Source: Eledone cirrhosa
Taxonomy: Eukaryota
Assembly: GCA_964016885.1 (NCBI GenBank)
Contig: OZ024744.1
Coordinates: 69,688,001-69,752,000 of the forward strand
Direction: 5' to 3'
Length of the DNA: 64,000 bases
Shown: piece after piece, positions 12,530 through 26,859 of the stretch
Layout of the letters: every line of letters begins with the position of its first letter
Position numbering within the stretch: the stretch's first letter is position 1
Made by a program: the position numbers and the translations under genes
The notes under the pieces: model-generated
What the model was told of the DNA's origin: nothing
Seen by the model: the letters and a program-made list of their open reading frames with translations, nothing else
The model's database searches: none

Positions 12530-14298
12530 ATTAACAATAATAGGTTTCATTTATAAGCCACCAGGGCCAACATATGGGGGACAATACATTAGACAAGGAG
12601 TGCGGGGGTTTACATATACGTGTAAAAAATATAAATAACAATAACAAAATAACAAGAAAAATACAATGAAAATTCCCCATTAGGGGGATAACTACCCAGG
12701 GTCGATTCAGGTACCCCACCAATATTAAACCATCCAACGATTCAAGGGCACCTGGGAAGGTCACCTCCTTATTTCATCAGCCTACAGGCGCATGGTCAGA
12801 GTAGGCCCACTCACACGGGCCATTCTAGACACATTCACCCACCTTTTAACAAATGTACTGGGGGGGGGGGGGGGGTAGCAAACTCTCTCCACCCTCACCT
12901 TCCTTTCTAGGTGAAACTTGAAGAAGTTGATGAGGGATTTGCCGGAGGGAAAAGTGTCTGTCTTCAGTACTTTCAACCTGGTCCACCATACAACCTCTTT
13001 CGTTAGTGCCACCAGACAGGGGGAAATTGCCTGCTCTTCCTGTCCAAAAGAAGGCGGAGGGTTGATCTCCTCTATGGACTCGGCCGATAGTCCTACCTGA
13101 TCTACACGCGGCAACAGCTGTTTGCCAAAACTCCACAAGTCAGTAATGCACGGACACTGGACGAGTGCATGCAGAACGGTGTCTGCCTGACAGCACTTCC
13201 GTGTCTATAAAATTTATCTCGAACCGGCAGTGCCCCCCCCCCCCCTCTGGTAACACTACCAAGCGAGGGATTTCTGGAAGTTATCCATAGTCCCCGGCTC
13301 GGAAGTCCTCCGGAACAGACGGATCAGTTCGACTTGGTCGATGCCCAGTGCCTCTCCGAGTGTATCATCGCATTTGGCCACCACTAATCCTCTATAGAAT
13401 TCGAGAGAAGAAGTTCCACTGACCACATTTCCCGCCTGGTAGAGGACAGTGTGTGCCTCGCAACATTCCTGAGGCCAGGCGCCCAGTATCGGTCATTTCT
13501 TGACCCAGGATTGCACCTCAGTTAAAGAGACGAGCTGTGGAAAGGCCTGTCTCACAAACGGCCGCCACACCTGTTCACCGCTTAGGCAGAATATCTGAGG
13601 TTCCGCAGCCTCAGTACATGTTTGCGCATCATTAGCCATGGCATGCCCATCCCTCCGCGTAGAGGGTGGTGGCAGCAGCTGGACCGCCTCACCAATGGAA
13701 CCTGTCACCTCCACAAGAAGTTGAAGAGGAGCCGTTCCAGTTTGGTGAGACGTGAACGGGTGCAAAACACGATGGTCGGGCGGTAGTAGATGACGGATGC
13801 GATGTACGCGTTCGCGACCTCTGCCCGACCTTTCAAGGATAGCTTTCTTTCGGCTCATTTCTATGTGAGAGAGGTTACCTCGCATCGTACCTCGTCCCAG
13901 TTGTTGTCCATCTGGAGGTCTGTTCCAAACCAAGTCTCGAGTAATTTAACTGGTCCGTCCGTCCAGCGCCCGACGATGCTGTTGGACGACATGGACTTGC
14001 CTCTCCAGCTGCCTAGTTGCAGGCCAACAACACTTTTCCTGTTCCGAAGGGTGACCGCTTACTCTAACCACAGAGTAGATATCGCTGTGCATTGCATCGG
14101 TCCAGCCCCTGAAGACAGGTCCAAAGCCTGCTACTTTGAGGACGGCCGCAAGGTAGCGATGGTTGACTTTATCGAAAACCTTTGATTGATCTAAATTGAT
14201 CAGGGCCCCGCCCGTGCCAGGTTCTTTAGCCACCCTCTCTATGATGTATCGCATGAGGTGGAAGTTGTCGTGGATGGATCTGTCCGGAATGGCGCATG
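12530..14298 (-). mobile_element. Tx1/L1-clade LINE, 3' half, degenerate
   Basis: LINLDQSKVFDKVNH and EVVWWTRLK..FFKFHLERKVR homologous to 1-3681; 3' UTR with AATAAA and a (TTA) tail near 12520-12560. Confidence 0.9.
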
Positions 14299-14304
14299 AA
14301 TACC

Positions 14305-15400
14305 AATAATAATAAGTATGTATGTATGATGATGATTAAGGACAATATTAAAATCAAAACTCAACGGTGGGAATATTATCTCTGCTATCAACTCAAGAGC
14401 AGTGTCTATCATTAATGATGTGACTGGCGTCATTGGGTGGACAAAGCAGAGACGGATGCTTTGGATTTCAAAACGAGGAAGTTGTTGATAAGGTTTGGAG
14501 CACATCACCCCAAGGCAGATGTAGACGGATTATATATGAAAAGAGCAAATGAAGTCTGTGTTTTGATTGGGATAAAAGGCTGTGTTAGAATAGAGATGGA
14601 AGAGCTAGAGCAATATATATGCGCACCCAGAGAGGAGTTACTGACGGCAGTGAACGGAGCAGATGTGCCACTGTCGGCAAAAGTAAAGAAGAGGTACAGA
14701 ATGAATGGGGAAATGCATTTGGGGGCAAGATATATACGGGTAGTTTGGAAAAGCAACAAATGAAATAAGAAGGATAAAATCGTGGGATTGGCTAAATAAA
14801 GGGTATTTGAAAAATAAAACAAAGAGCACAATAATTGCATCAGATCGGGTAATTTTCACAAATAACATCAGAAAAGCAGTATATGGAGAGGACGTGTCTC
14901 CTCTGTGTGGTGCAGTTGAAACAGTGGCACACATTTAAAATGAATTTAAGAAGGTGAGACATGATAATGTGGCCAAAGTAATCCACCGGAAACTGAGAGG
15001 AGTGGAGATTTGACAAGGGAGACAAATGGTACATGCACCAATTGGAAAAAAATATAGAAGTCGGAATACTGCAGGATTTTATGGGATTGGCTCATACAAA
15101 CCAATAAACGACTACACCATAATAAACCAGACATCACTGTAATTGAAAAGAAAAACAAAACGTGTTAATTGATAGATCCAGCTTGTCCATTTCATACTTG
15201 TATAGAAGAAAAAGATGAAGAAAAATGTATAAATTATGACCCCATGAAAAATAAAATTTCACGAATGGGGAAGATAAAAAAGGTGGAAGTGATATCAATG
15301 GTCGTTGGCACCTTAGGGACAATCACAAAGAATTTTGATAAATTGATAGAAAAAAATAGAATATATCTTACAGTGGAAATGTTACAGAAACCTTGTTTCT
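14305..15400 (+). mobile_element. R4/Dong-like LINE 3' fragment, degenerate
   Basis: AINSRAV, TRKLL..HHPKADVDGLY, KPDI, IDPACPFHT, VVGTLG; starts at a TAA repeat. Confidence 0.8.
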
Positions 15401-15707
15401 AAGTAGAAAGTATATTATATTCTTAACAATAATCACTATAAACTGCATAAACATTTAATTTTAATTACTTGTAACTCTATAAATACAAAGAAGAATGGAT
15501 TTAATAGGGTTAAGAACCAAAACCCTATTTGCAAACCCTAAAATCTCACTATCCTTATAACAATAAAATAACCCTAGGAATAATGGTCTGCTTCCATACT
15601 CTAAATCCTTTATACACTCAGATCCTAATAATGTTAAGCCTGGAGAAATTAAAAGAGATAATGGGTCGCTTCTTTAACCCCAATATGTTTTACACTCAGA
15701 ACCTAAT

Positions 15708-15858
15708 AATTGATTCTACACTTGGCATAAAGCCAACAATTACCCCAGTGCATTACTGGTACTTTGTTTTATCGACCCCGTAAGGATGAAAGGCAAAGTT
15801 AACCTCGACGGAATTTGAACTCGGGCTGTAAAGGGCCGTAACTGTATGCTGCTAAACT
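15708..15858 (-). mobile_element. SINE family A
   Basis: Reverse complement of the family core. Confidence 0.8.
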
Positions 15859-16350
15859 ACCTAATAATGTTAACACTAGGGAAATTAAATGAGATAATGG
15901 TCTGCTTCCTTATCTTTGTACATTCAGAACCTAATTATGTTAAACAATCTTATAATAACTTGCATATAGTGAATCACAAATCCCATTCAGTAGGTAAATA
16001 TTAATATACATTAATATACATACCAGAAAACCTAATATCCATAGTTCATCTAAACCTCTACATTATACTAATAAGACCCCACATAATAAACATAAAAATT
16101 GCCGGCGCGAGACGCCGTGGTTCAATCCCCCATTTTGAATAAACTGCGTTAGACGAGGATCTATATTTTGAATTTGATTTTTCTACTTTCCTCTCCTATT
16201 AGTGTGTCTATTTCACTTTATCTTCATACTTTTTTTTATAATACATTAGGTATTTCTAGACACTATAAGTAGTTATGTATCAGTCTCTTAAATATTGTTT
16301 AGATATTTAAAACACTCTCTCTATAATAGAATAATTATTTACTTGTATAA

Positions 16351-17673
16351 TCTCTCTCTATATAAAATTCTTTGTCTGTCTGTTTGTCTGTCTTTTCCTT
16401 ATGCATTCTCAAACGGCTCGACCAAATCAAATCAAATTTTACAAGGTAATAAATAGTATTAGACCCTGGGATTAACAACATGTAATTTTTATTTTCATTT
16501 GGATTAAAACAATATAGCATTTTATCTAAAATAATCTACTATCAGGGGCGGTGCCCCAGCATGGCCTCAGCCGGATGGCTAGAACAGGTAAAAGAGTAAA
16601 AGAGTAAAAGAGTATAGTCAACTATAAGTAAACGGACATTTTATAACATGACGATGACGTCGTCATCACATTTTGTATATGAGGGTGTATGTGTCTCTGA
16701 GTGTGTGTGTGTTTACGCGTTCGTTACGTACGTAAGGCCTTAGTAAGTTACAAACACATACGACTTCACGTAAATATTTAATCATATACACAGAGAATTA
16801 AACACACACACACACCTACACATATATCTACAGATGTGATGACTGACAAGTATATGTGTGTGAGTGCATGTGAGTACACTTACATTTCTGTGACGACTGA
16901 CATAACGAAACGCTGGGGTGAAACTCTGTGCGTGTTTGTATGAATGTATGTCTGTGTGTTTTTTTTGTTTTTTTTCATACGTTTGTGTGAGTGTATGTGT
17001 GTCTATTCGTGGGTGAAACTCTATGTGTGTGTTTGTATGAATGTATGTCTGTATGTGTTTTTTATAAGTTTGAGTGTATGTGTGTCTGTTCGTTTATATT
17101 TATATTTCCATACCGTTAAATTAACAGTTAATACATTTGGTTATATTTGGTTAATTTACTCTGCATACAAAAATAGAGGTTAATATATATTTCTTTTGGA
17201 TGTTGATACTTATTTGTTTACAATATTGAAAACATGTCTTTATTCTAAAAATTCTTCTCATACCTACAGCTGTTCCATTTGAATTTAAGAGGCTTCAGTT
17301 TCCAGTCAAATTAATTTTTGTTATTTCAATTAACAAATCTCAGAGTCAATCCTTCAAGGTTGTTGGACTTGATCTCTCTACTACATGTTTTTCCCACGGT
17401 CAACACTATGTTGGTTGCTCACGAGCTGGAAGTAGCAACAATTTATTCATTTGGACACCAACAAAAAATTACACAATGAATATTGTTTACCCTGACGTGC
17501 TTCAAGATTAACAGATTTTCATTTCTAAATTCTATTATCATAACAATTTTGATATTTTTAAAATAAAATATAGATATTTTGAAATAATTATAAGAAAAAA
17601 TACATATCTTCATATTTATTGTTTACTGAATAAGAACAGCAGTAACCCGGGCAACGCCGGGTCATTCAGCTAG
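16351..17673 (+). mobile_element. Non-autonomous Helitron with a PIF1-helicase C-terminal remnant
   Basis: 5' a|TC; 3' hairpin acccggg-caac-gccgggt then CTAG|t; 17230-17511 encodes FKRLQFPVKL..INKSQSQS..FSHGQHYVGCSR. Confidence 0.85.
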
Positions 17674-18169
17674 TTTATAATATAATTTAAGTTACTTCTA
17701 ACTCATGAAGCTTATCCTAAAGTTTGAATAGCGATCTAAAAACCAAAATAATAATAATCAAGAAAATACGATAATAAAAGATGACGCAAAAGGTATGAAC
17801 CCCAGAGGCATTATTTGCTCATGCACGAAATCAGAATTTTGCAAAATGAATGCCATCCTGTCAACTATCGGTCAAACTAAAAGATTAATAAAGGTTTTTA
17901 GAATTTTATTATCTCTAAGCAAAACTAAATTTTCCCCAAGTAGACCATATCAAACAGTTAGTGCAAACAGGTTAAATTTCTAGTTTCAGTGTAAATGACA
18001 CACCCTTTACTTTTATTTTTTTACAAAAATTACTATTTAGTTCTCAAAGAAAATAACTAAAAATTAAGGTTGAATTAAATTAAATTCCAGGCCATACGCT
18101 TTCCAAAGGAAACGGAAACAACCCCGCCAAAATTTTTTGGAATCTCTCTCTTAAATACACTAAGTTCCT

Positions 18170-18527
18170 ACTAAGGGCAAAAAAACCTTTTGGTCAGGAA
18201 TAACCATGGTGGGATTTGCACCTAGAAAATTCCCTTGCGAGACACAAATCCGAGCAAGATTGTTTGTGGAAGACCAGCAGTCGCCCATGTATACCAGTCT
18301 CCCCTCTCCATGCCACTGATGTTGTCCAAGAGAAAGGCAAAGGCTGATACAGCTTGGCACCAGTGACGTCATTTCTACAGCTGAGTCAACTGGAGCATCG
18401 TGAACTGGAGCATCGTGAAATAAAGTATCTTACTCAAGGACAGAACACAAAGCCGGTCCGAGAATCGAACTCATAACCTCACGATTATAAGCCCGATGCT
18501 CTAACCACTAAACCATGCGCCTTCACA
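18170..18527 (-). mobile_element. tRNA-derived SINE (family B)
   Basis: tRNA-like head on the minus strand (tggtttagtggttagagc..gagttcgattctcg); partial copy at about 20785-20865. Confidence 0.8.
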
Positions 18528-18532
18528 AAATG

Positions 18533-18630
18533 AAATGTTTACAGCACCTAGGTTTCCAAGCGGTGACCAATCTAAGTACTAACTAGGCTCGACGTTAGAG
18601 AACCGGTGTTAGTTTCAAAGTCCTATGACT
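18533..18630 (-). pseudogene. 5S rRNA pseudogene with internal deletion
   Basis: Reverse complement: aacaccggttctc..cgtcgagcctagttagtacttagattggtcaccgcttggaaacctaggtgctgta matches the 5S layout. Confidence 0.75.
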
Positions 18631-19045
18631 CTCCTCGGTAAACTAGAAATAACCTCAGACTTTCCCAGAATCACTTTTTTAGCGCCAAAGCACCTACGAA
18701 AATACTATATCAGAAATTTCTCCATGTATCCCTGTCTATCGTATTTTTTAAAAGTTTATTCTCTACCTCTGTAAAAACATTTATCTGGTGGCTAGGTTGC
18801 CTAGCCACCTTAAAGCTAAAATCCTTAGTCTATTTCGATAGTGACGTCTAAATAATTAAGCTTGCTAGCGTCACATCCATTCTTATTTACCTCTAAACTC
18901 TTCGGGTAGATCTTGTGCAGCCAACCCTCGAAATGCCTATAATTAGGAACAAATATATCATTGATATACCTACAACATCCACCCAACTGCCTAATAGGAC
19001 CTATTTTTTTAAGCTTCCTTAACCCCTCAAGGTAGTCAAACTCAC

Positions 19046-19153
<108 letters not shown>

Positions 19154-19201
19154 TAGATATAGATATAGATATATAGATATAGATATGTTACAGGTGTGGG
19201 A

Positions 19202-19254
19202 GGGACCTTCCTGATAAAGACCAGTCAAGTCTGAAATGCATAGACGGTTGTCCC
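19202..19254 (+). ncRNA. Degenerate minimal hammerhead (core CTGATAA)
   Basis: accttc CTGATAA agac-cagtcaa-gtct GAAA tgca TA gacggt. Confidence 0.55.
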
Positions 19255-19403
19255 CCTTGCTTCTGCGGAGGGCGTAGACTCTGGTGTTTCCATAGCTACG
19301 GCTTCCTAAATGTTTCCTGTAAACATAACATGTTTCTTTAGAAATATGATATTTCTATACATATCTGTATACTGCTATGCTTGAATCCTATTTCTATTAT
19401 ATA

Positions 19404-20168
19404 CTAGCTAAACTACCCGTCCTTTGGACGGTTCAAGTAGCTTTCGATGTAGCTCATTAAACTAAACAAAGTAAATTTGAATACATAGAAGAAAAACGTA
19501 CTTTATGTAAACATGAAAACCGTAGGCACTATTCCAGCGAAATAATTAATATGTGAGTTCGGTGTCATCCGTAATACCATGTAACAACAGAAATCCAGTC
19601 TAGGTATACATTTTTTGACAACAGTAAAAGCGCATCAGGAAATAGAGAAGTGAAGTGAATAATAACACTATTATGTACAAAGCATAATATTGTAAAAGTT
19701 ATGACATCACTTAATGTATGAACATCAAGCTTGAAACGATAAATTATGCAATGTCAAATCTATAACTTAACTTAGTAATCTGTTAGAAATTGCTGGTTGT
19801 GAAATATACAAAATGATATTGTTAGTCTCAAGGAAGCGTACCTTTTGTTTCAAGTACAAAGTGTAAATTAAAATCCGAATGAGCCGAATTACGAAAGATA
19901 ACTCTTATCTTATTTAAAGGTAACTCTTGTCTTACTTAATCACGAAAATTGACACAAATAACCGAAACATTTTTAATGTCTCCAAAGGCCCCAATATCGA
20001 TTCTTTGAAAGCATTTTTAGATCATGTACAGGTTTTGTGCAACGAGAAGCTCTGTAAAAAATTTCAAAGAAATCGCATGAATGGTTTAGAATATATGAGC
20101 CCTCATTAAAAATTGTCCAGACACACATACACACACATACAGAAAACTTCGTCTTTATATATATACAG

Positions 20169-20169
<1 letters not shown>
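19404..20169 (-). mobile_element. Non-autonomous Helitron
   Basis: Minus strand starts a|TCtgtatatatataaag and ends ccgtcc-aaa-ggacgg hairpin then CTAG|t. Confidence 0.75.
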
Positions 20170-20199
<30 letters not shown>

Positions 20200-20535
20200 G
20201 TCTTCCTCTACTGCATGGTCTTCCTCTACCGTGTCTTCCTTCCACTGGGATTTCTTGGCACTTCTTTACTACCCAGAGGTCATCCTCCATGCGTATCACA
20301 TGTCCATACCAATACTCATGATCATACAACAACAACAACGAGGAGGAGGAGGGAAAAGTATGATCACACTCGTCTATGTTTGGTCGTTCACGCACATTAA
20401 CATTGCACATCCATTGGAGCATGCTTGCTTCATTTCTCTCCAGCCGTCGCATATCCTCCGCAGTTGTTGCCCATGTCTCACTACCATGCAGCATCGTGTA
20501 TCTCACACAGGCATCATATAACCGACCTTTCGTGG
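20200..20535 (-). mobile_element. RTE-clade LINE 3' fragment
   Basis: MLHGSETWA..RLERNEASMLQWMC..WYGHVIRM..GRGRP. Confidence 0.8.
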
Positions 20536-21216
20536 AGTAAAACCGAATATTCTCAGTTAATTAACTCCACTATAGGAAATACAATAAAACAATAATTTGT
20601 TTAACATCAAAAAGAATTATACACAAACAGAAAGCAAGAGCGTGTACTTGCGAACATAGTTACTCGCTCTGATCGATCGACAAGATCCAGACCTCATTCG
20701 CTTATCGAGTTGGATGGACCTCAACGAATCGGACCAAGGAAACAATGTTACCATTGATCTTTCCATTGCTGATACTATCTACCGGTTGCAACGTGAAATA
20801 AAGTGTCTTGCTCAAGGACACAACGCATCATCCGGTCCGAAAATAGAACTCGCAACCTCACGATAACAAATCTAATTTCAAATCACGCTTTCTCCAATCG
20901 TCCCGGTCGAGCATTACATTTCTCAGTTCATCGATATTATCAATGTTGGCATCTCTCAGTAGGGTATCAATGAATGAGACGGCCTGTCTTCCCACGCTTC
21001 TTCGTCTGACCGCCGGTTTCCAGAGCACAAGTTGTGTTATTTTCAATTTTTTTTTCTCGTAAATATCCGAACGATAATTTTCGGCTTTTCTCCACTATAT
21101 GTGAATTATTCTGGTTGCATTGAAACGTTCGTAGATATATAAATAAACAACAATAATATTAACCCTTAGTCTTACTGAATTATGAATTATAAATACTCTG
21201 CTACTATAATTATTCG

Positions 21217-21410
21217 CTCCTGAAGAACGAAGGGTAAAAGAGAGCATTGAACTTAACTTATCTTGGCAATAAAAATAACGAACTAGTAGACTTTAACCTG
21301 ATATATTCAAAGCGTCCGAAATGTTAAGACCCTATTCCTGCTATTTCAAGCGTTAACCTAATATATTCCTTCCATATACTGTACCGATTGTGTTGTTATT
21401 TCTGTTTACC
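21217..21410 (+). mobile_element. PLE-derived fragment with a degenerate long-stem-II hammerhead
   Basis: CTGAAGA at 21220 ... cgtccGAAAtgttaag; downstream ~90 bp homologous to 30130-30230. Confidence 0.5.
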
Positions 21411-21536
<126 letters not shown>

Positions 21537-21582
21537 CGTGTGTGTGTGTATAAATGTTTATATATATATAATTATATATACT

Positions 21583-21621
<39 letters not shown>

Positions 21622-22443
21622 ATTAGTGTGTGCGTGTTAGTATGTGTGTGTGTGTACGTGTGTGAGTAGATAGATAGATAGATTGAAGGTAGATGCAGAG
21701 AGTAAGGTCGGAGACTGGGAACACAAATAAAGCTTTAAAAAAAACAAGAGGCGTTAGATAACAACATAATACGCCGTGCTAAAATAAATTACAATGAAAA
21801 GGAGAAGGCAAATGGCTAAGTTGAAATTGCAAGATGAATGAATGTGGAAAAGAAGATAGGAGAGAATGATAAAAGGTGGAAAGATGGTAAGAGGCGAAGA
21901 AGTGTAGGAAGAAAATGGAGATTAAGATACGTTAAGTGATGAAGGTCATACTGATAATAATTCTAAGAAATGATTGCTCGTCTGGTCGGTTGAAATGAAC
22001 AAGATAATCTGTTGAAAACATTTCAAGCAGATATAATGTAAGAAAATAAAGAGAAAAGTGTAAAAAAGTAAAAGAATAAAGAACCATGAGTAAAGAAATA
22101 AAACGATATTGACCACCGTTATGGAGTGAGCAAAAGATTTTTGCTCGGTATGGTGATGCGAGCGACAAAGCAGACTATAAATGTTGTAGTTCATGAAATA
22201 ATAAACCATTTGTTATTGTTTATTTAGCAGCAGACCAGTCCTTTTTAGAAGAGATATATAGTCAAATTTGACCATTCCATGGCTTTTAATGGTATAGATG
22301 GTATCTAGGAAAACATTATCTACAAAAATCATTCCTTCTTTTAAGAAATGATTTCAGGGAGATTTGGTGGTTATTTCTAGCAAGTTAAGTGGTGATCTGG
22401 GCACGCTCCATTTGGCACTGCCTCGTAAATGTAGTTACACACC

Positions 22444-22559
<116 letters not shown>

Positions 22560-22634
22560 CCTCTGCATATATATATATATATATATACAATATATTAATA
22601 AATGGAAACTATATTTATAAAACCATATTTATTC

Positions 22635-22690
22635 TATTATACATATTTCAAGGGCAACCAAGGCAAATTATGGTGCGCTTTCATCAGATA
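22635..22690 (-). ncRNA. Minimal hammerhead
   Basis: tat CTGATGA aagcgcacca..tggttgccctt GAAA tatgta TA ata; homologous to 28479-28535. Confidence 0.7.
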
Positions 22691-22793
22691 TATTTTTAAG
22701 CTTGTTGAATCCCAACAAATTAAATATAACCTCTGCATATATATATCAAAATAAAGATCCGAAGGCATGGTATAAATTTCCAATCATTTTAAT

Positions 22794-22865
22794 CACGACG
22801 CATGTTTCAATAAGAGATAGATCGATCGTGTGGCCATGATCGATTATCACTGATCTCGTCAGGTG
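22794..22865 (-). ncRNA. Minimal hammerhead inside an inverted repeat
   Basis: cac CTGACGA ... GAAAC atgc GTC gtg; flanking arms 22745-22793 and 22872-22922. Confidence 0.72.
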
Positions 22866-23052
22866 AAAATGAATTGAAAATGATTGGAAATTTATACCAT
22901 GCTTTCGGGTCTTTATTTTGATACAAATACTCCGTTTTACATCATCTAGCTGTTCCCATAAATGGAATTGGAGATATACAAAAGCGTGGAGAACTTAATA
23001 TTGCTAACAAAAGTGCATTGGACCGTATGACACAACCAATAATACACCTTAC

Positions 23053-23143
<91 letters not shown>

Positions 23144-23177
23144 GGTGTGTAACTACATTATATATATATATATAAAT

Positions 23178-23229
23178 GGCTTCTACAGGACAAGAACTGT
23201 TTCATTCGAAGAAAATCATCAGGAAAGCC
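23178..23229 (-). ncRNA. Type-I hammerhead
   Basis: ggctttc CTGATGA ttttcttcgaat GAAA cag..ctg TA gaagcc; homologous to 62646-62696. Confidence 0.75.
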
Positions 23230-23324
23230 AGGGCTCCCTATAAGCTGATGCATTTAAATACAACGTTCATCACAACACCTACAAATGCTCCTGTTCTATA
23301 TGCCACAATTCTCTATTCATCTCT

Positions 23325-23880
23325 AATAATTGTTTCTATTTTTGGCACAAAGCCAGCAATTGCCCCAGTGCTTTACAGGTACTTTATCCCGTAAGGATGA
23401 AAATCAAAGTTAGCCTCGACGGGATCTGAACTCAGACCATAAAGGGCCATAACTCTATGTTGCAAAGCATGGCGTCCGACCCTCTACCGCCCTATTCATC
23501 TCTAATAATTGTTTTTTCTACTTTTGGCACAAGGCCAGCAATTATCCAAGTGTATTACTGGTACTTTATTTTATCGACCCCGTAAGGATGAAAGGCAAAG
23601 TTAACCTCGGCGGGATATGAACTCAGACCATAACCTCTTTGCTGCAAAGCATGGCGTCCGAACCTCTAGCGACACTGCCAGTCCACCGCCCTATTCATCT
23701 CTAATAATACACCTATAGCCGGCTCCTAATTAGCAGAGTTGTTAGAACATCGGATAGAATGCTTTTCGCTATTCGTTTCTACTCTCTTTTCTCTGAGTTC
23801 AAATCCCGCCGAGGTCAACTTTGCCTTTCATCCATTCGAGGTCGATAAAAAAGGTACCGGTGTAGTACTGGGGTCGATTC
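23325..23880. mobile_element. SINE family A cluster (two tandem minus copies, one plus copy)
   Basis: Family core repeated. Confidence 0.8.
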
Positions 23881-24568
23881 TTCCTCTATATCTCTTTCTC
23901 ACTTCCATTCTCTGACTCTCTCCTTCCTTCTCTCGAAGAAATCTGCTGTATTCAGACTTGGAGAAGATTGGGCTCTGCTAGGCATAACAACGCCATAGTA
24001 ACGCCGTTTATCAAAACGCGTCCATACGACTCCCTTGGGGGTTACGAGACCATGCATGCAACCGGCTCCCGAGTCCAATTTAAAATCACCGACGACTTTG
24101 ACAGTGCCTTCACCAATCTTGGCGTTCGGCTTGCTACAAATAGAGACTAATCAACAAATCACACACTACTATCTTAAAAAAGAAAAATATATTTGACTGT
24201 GTAATTTAAAATATAGAGAAAGAAGTAAGGGTCTCGTATGGAACATCTTTGATCATAGAGTTGTACAATCGTAGCTGACATGGGGCTAAATACCAGCATC
24301 ACACGCAAACGTTGCAAGCTTTTATACATTGATAAAACGAACCAACGTCTATTCTACAAGATCACTTCTGTGAACAACTTCTCGACGATTCTAGCAACAC
24401 GCAAACATTGTATAAAACAGCAGCTCGACATTTTAGTCCAATTCACCAGACCACTACTTGAAACAGTTACCTCACATCACGGCTTCTCCATTATTCATAA
24501 ACATGAATGAAAACACTCCCTTTTTACTCGCCCGAATGTACTAGTGAACACATCATGTTATCTTAGAT

Positions 24569-24862
24569 CATAGGCTCTCAAAGTGGGCACAACCGCCCCC
24601 CCCCCCCGAGAAACGTTTAGAAAGTCCATGAGCCGCTGGAGAAGTGGCAGTAGAGATGATATAATAATATATTAAATATCAAATGATACATATTATATAT
24701 AAATATAGTAAAATAAAAAATATATAATATTTATTTATACATAGTATATATTATATTAAACGGAAAAAATGAAACGAAATTTCATTTCCCACTCTTAGTA
24801 CGGCTGTTACTTAAATATAAGTATGTACACGTACATACATATATATGTACAGACGTACAGTA

Positions 24863-24897
<35 letters not shown>

Positions 24898-25531
24898 CAT
24901 GCACACATATATATATGTACGTATGGATTCACCGAACATTTATTATAATGCTCGGTGTGTTTGTAAACAAACATCCCGTATTAAGCCGTAGTGTCTAGCA
25001 ACCATCGTTGCTCGTTTGTTCAACACTGACAAAGGAACGCTGTGTGCATGTATGTATATATATATACATACTACTGTATGTTTGTATACATATATGTATG
25101 TACGTGTACATACTTATATATTATATTATTTATTACCAGTAATGCACTGGGTAATTGCTGGCCTTGTGCCTAAAATAGAAACAATTATTTATTATATATA
25201 ATTATATATAATTATAGTATCGGTAGAGGGTCGGACACCATACTTTGCAGTATAGAGTTACAGCCCTTTATGATCTGAGTTCAAATCCTGCCGAGATTAA
25301 CTTTGCCTTTCATCCTTACGGGTCGATAAAATAAAGTAACAGTAATACACTGGGGTGATTGCTGGCCCTGTGCCAAAAGTAGAAACAATTATTTATTACA
25401 TATAAATTAGCAATTTTATTTATATATTATTTACAATTTGCGTGTAGGCAGGTCTCTCTGGAAATAGGGTTGAAGATGCTCAGGGTTTTACATGGCCGTG
25501 AGGGGGTCGGTGGCCAGTTTGAGAACCTGTG
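24569..25531. mobile_element. hAT-type MITE carrying nested inserts
   Basis: TIRs cataggctctcaaagtgg / ccagtttgagaacctgtg; 8-bp TSD tcttagat/tcttagac; SINE A at about 25130-25395. Confidence 0.72.
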
Positions 25532-26533
25532 TCTTAGACGAATGTTCACCTTAAAAAGCAATAAGTAAATGAAAAAGATAGAGAAGAAAAAGAAAAAAAG
25601 GTCTGTTCCCTCGACGCGCCGCTCTGAACGACATAATCAGAAGGAACCTGGATGCGGCCAGCTTTCTATCACAACTGGAGCCAGCTGGCCTCGAACGATG
25701 TGATGGTAAGCACCCAGTCTGGATAACTATCTTCTCATTTGAAGAAGGTAAATCCTTAATCTGGAACTCCACATGCTGTGAATCGTTTTCCGCCACTTCG
25801 GCCTTGTCACTTCAGCCTCAAACTCGGGTACCGTCACACGCACTGCAGAAGAGAGCAAGATAACCAAATACCGGGCCCTGAGTCTCAGTTGGCGTTGCGA
25901 CCTAAGGCGTCCTCACTCCCCGCACTGCTATTTTCCTCCGCAATACCGGGAGGACTTCAGCCCGCCTGAAGATGGAGCTCCATGGGGTAGAGTGGCTGTG
26001 GCAGCGAGTGTCGCTGGCCATTCTCAGCGGCAATGCCTGCGCAATTTTGTCTGTGAGACCCAGTTGAAACATACCGATCGGAATGGAGTGTACAGTCTAT
26101 CGTTGCATCTCCACTTTCCTACTCTTCACCTTGTTTGCTGTTTAAGTTTAACACTCCCTATTCTGGCTAACACGTAACAGTAAATTTATACGCCTATGCA
26201 TAAAGAATACCACCAAAATTTCTACCTCATGGTATCCATCCGGTCCTAAATCTTCGCCTCTTGACCTATCACCCCACTATCGATATTTTTCTCTACTATC
26301 AGCCAAGACTATATTTTTTTCAACGTCAAAATAACGCAACACTACATATATTACAGCAGTAGCAGCAACCAATGTTACTCCTTGCACCGAAACTCTAATC
26401 TGTTTTCTTCCTAAGATGTCTGCCCTTCATCTGATCTTTAGCTTCTCCTTTCTACGTTTTATAAGAGCTTGCACGCGTTCCTGTTAGTATCTCATCGCTT
26501 TACCCGTTGTCATCCATCTGTTTCTCTTTTATT

Positions 26534-26858
26534 TACGATCTGAGTTCAAATCCCGCCGAGGTTAACTTTGCCTTTCATCTTATGGGGGTCGATAAAATAA
26601 AGTACCAGTAATACACTGGGATAATTGCTGGCCTTGTTCCAAAAGTAGAAACAATTATTAGCATTAGGGCGGTGGATTGGCAGTATCGGTAGAGGATCGG
26701 ACGACATACTTTGCAGCAAAGAGTTACGGCCCTTGCCATTCTGAGTTCAGATCCCGCCACGGTTAACTTTGCCTTTCATCCTTACGGGGTCGATAAAATA
26801 AAGTAACAGTAATACACTGGAATAATTGCTGGTCTTGTGCCAAAAGTAGAAAAAAAAT
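26534..26858 (+). mobile_element. SINE family A, tandem copies
   Basis: Two head-to-tail cores. Confidence 0.8.
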
Positions 26859-26859
26859 A

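Noticed and set aside
18450-18527. tRNA gene
   Set aside because: It is the head of a SINE continuing into a repeat body; cloverleaf incomplete
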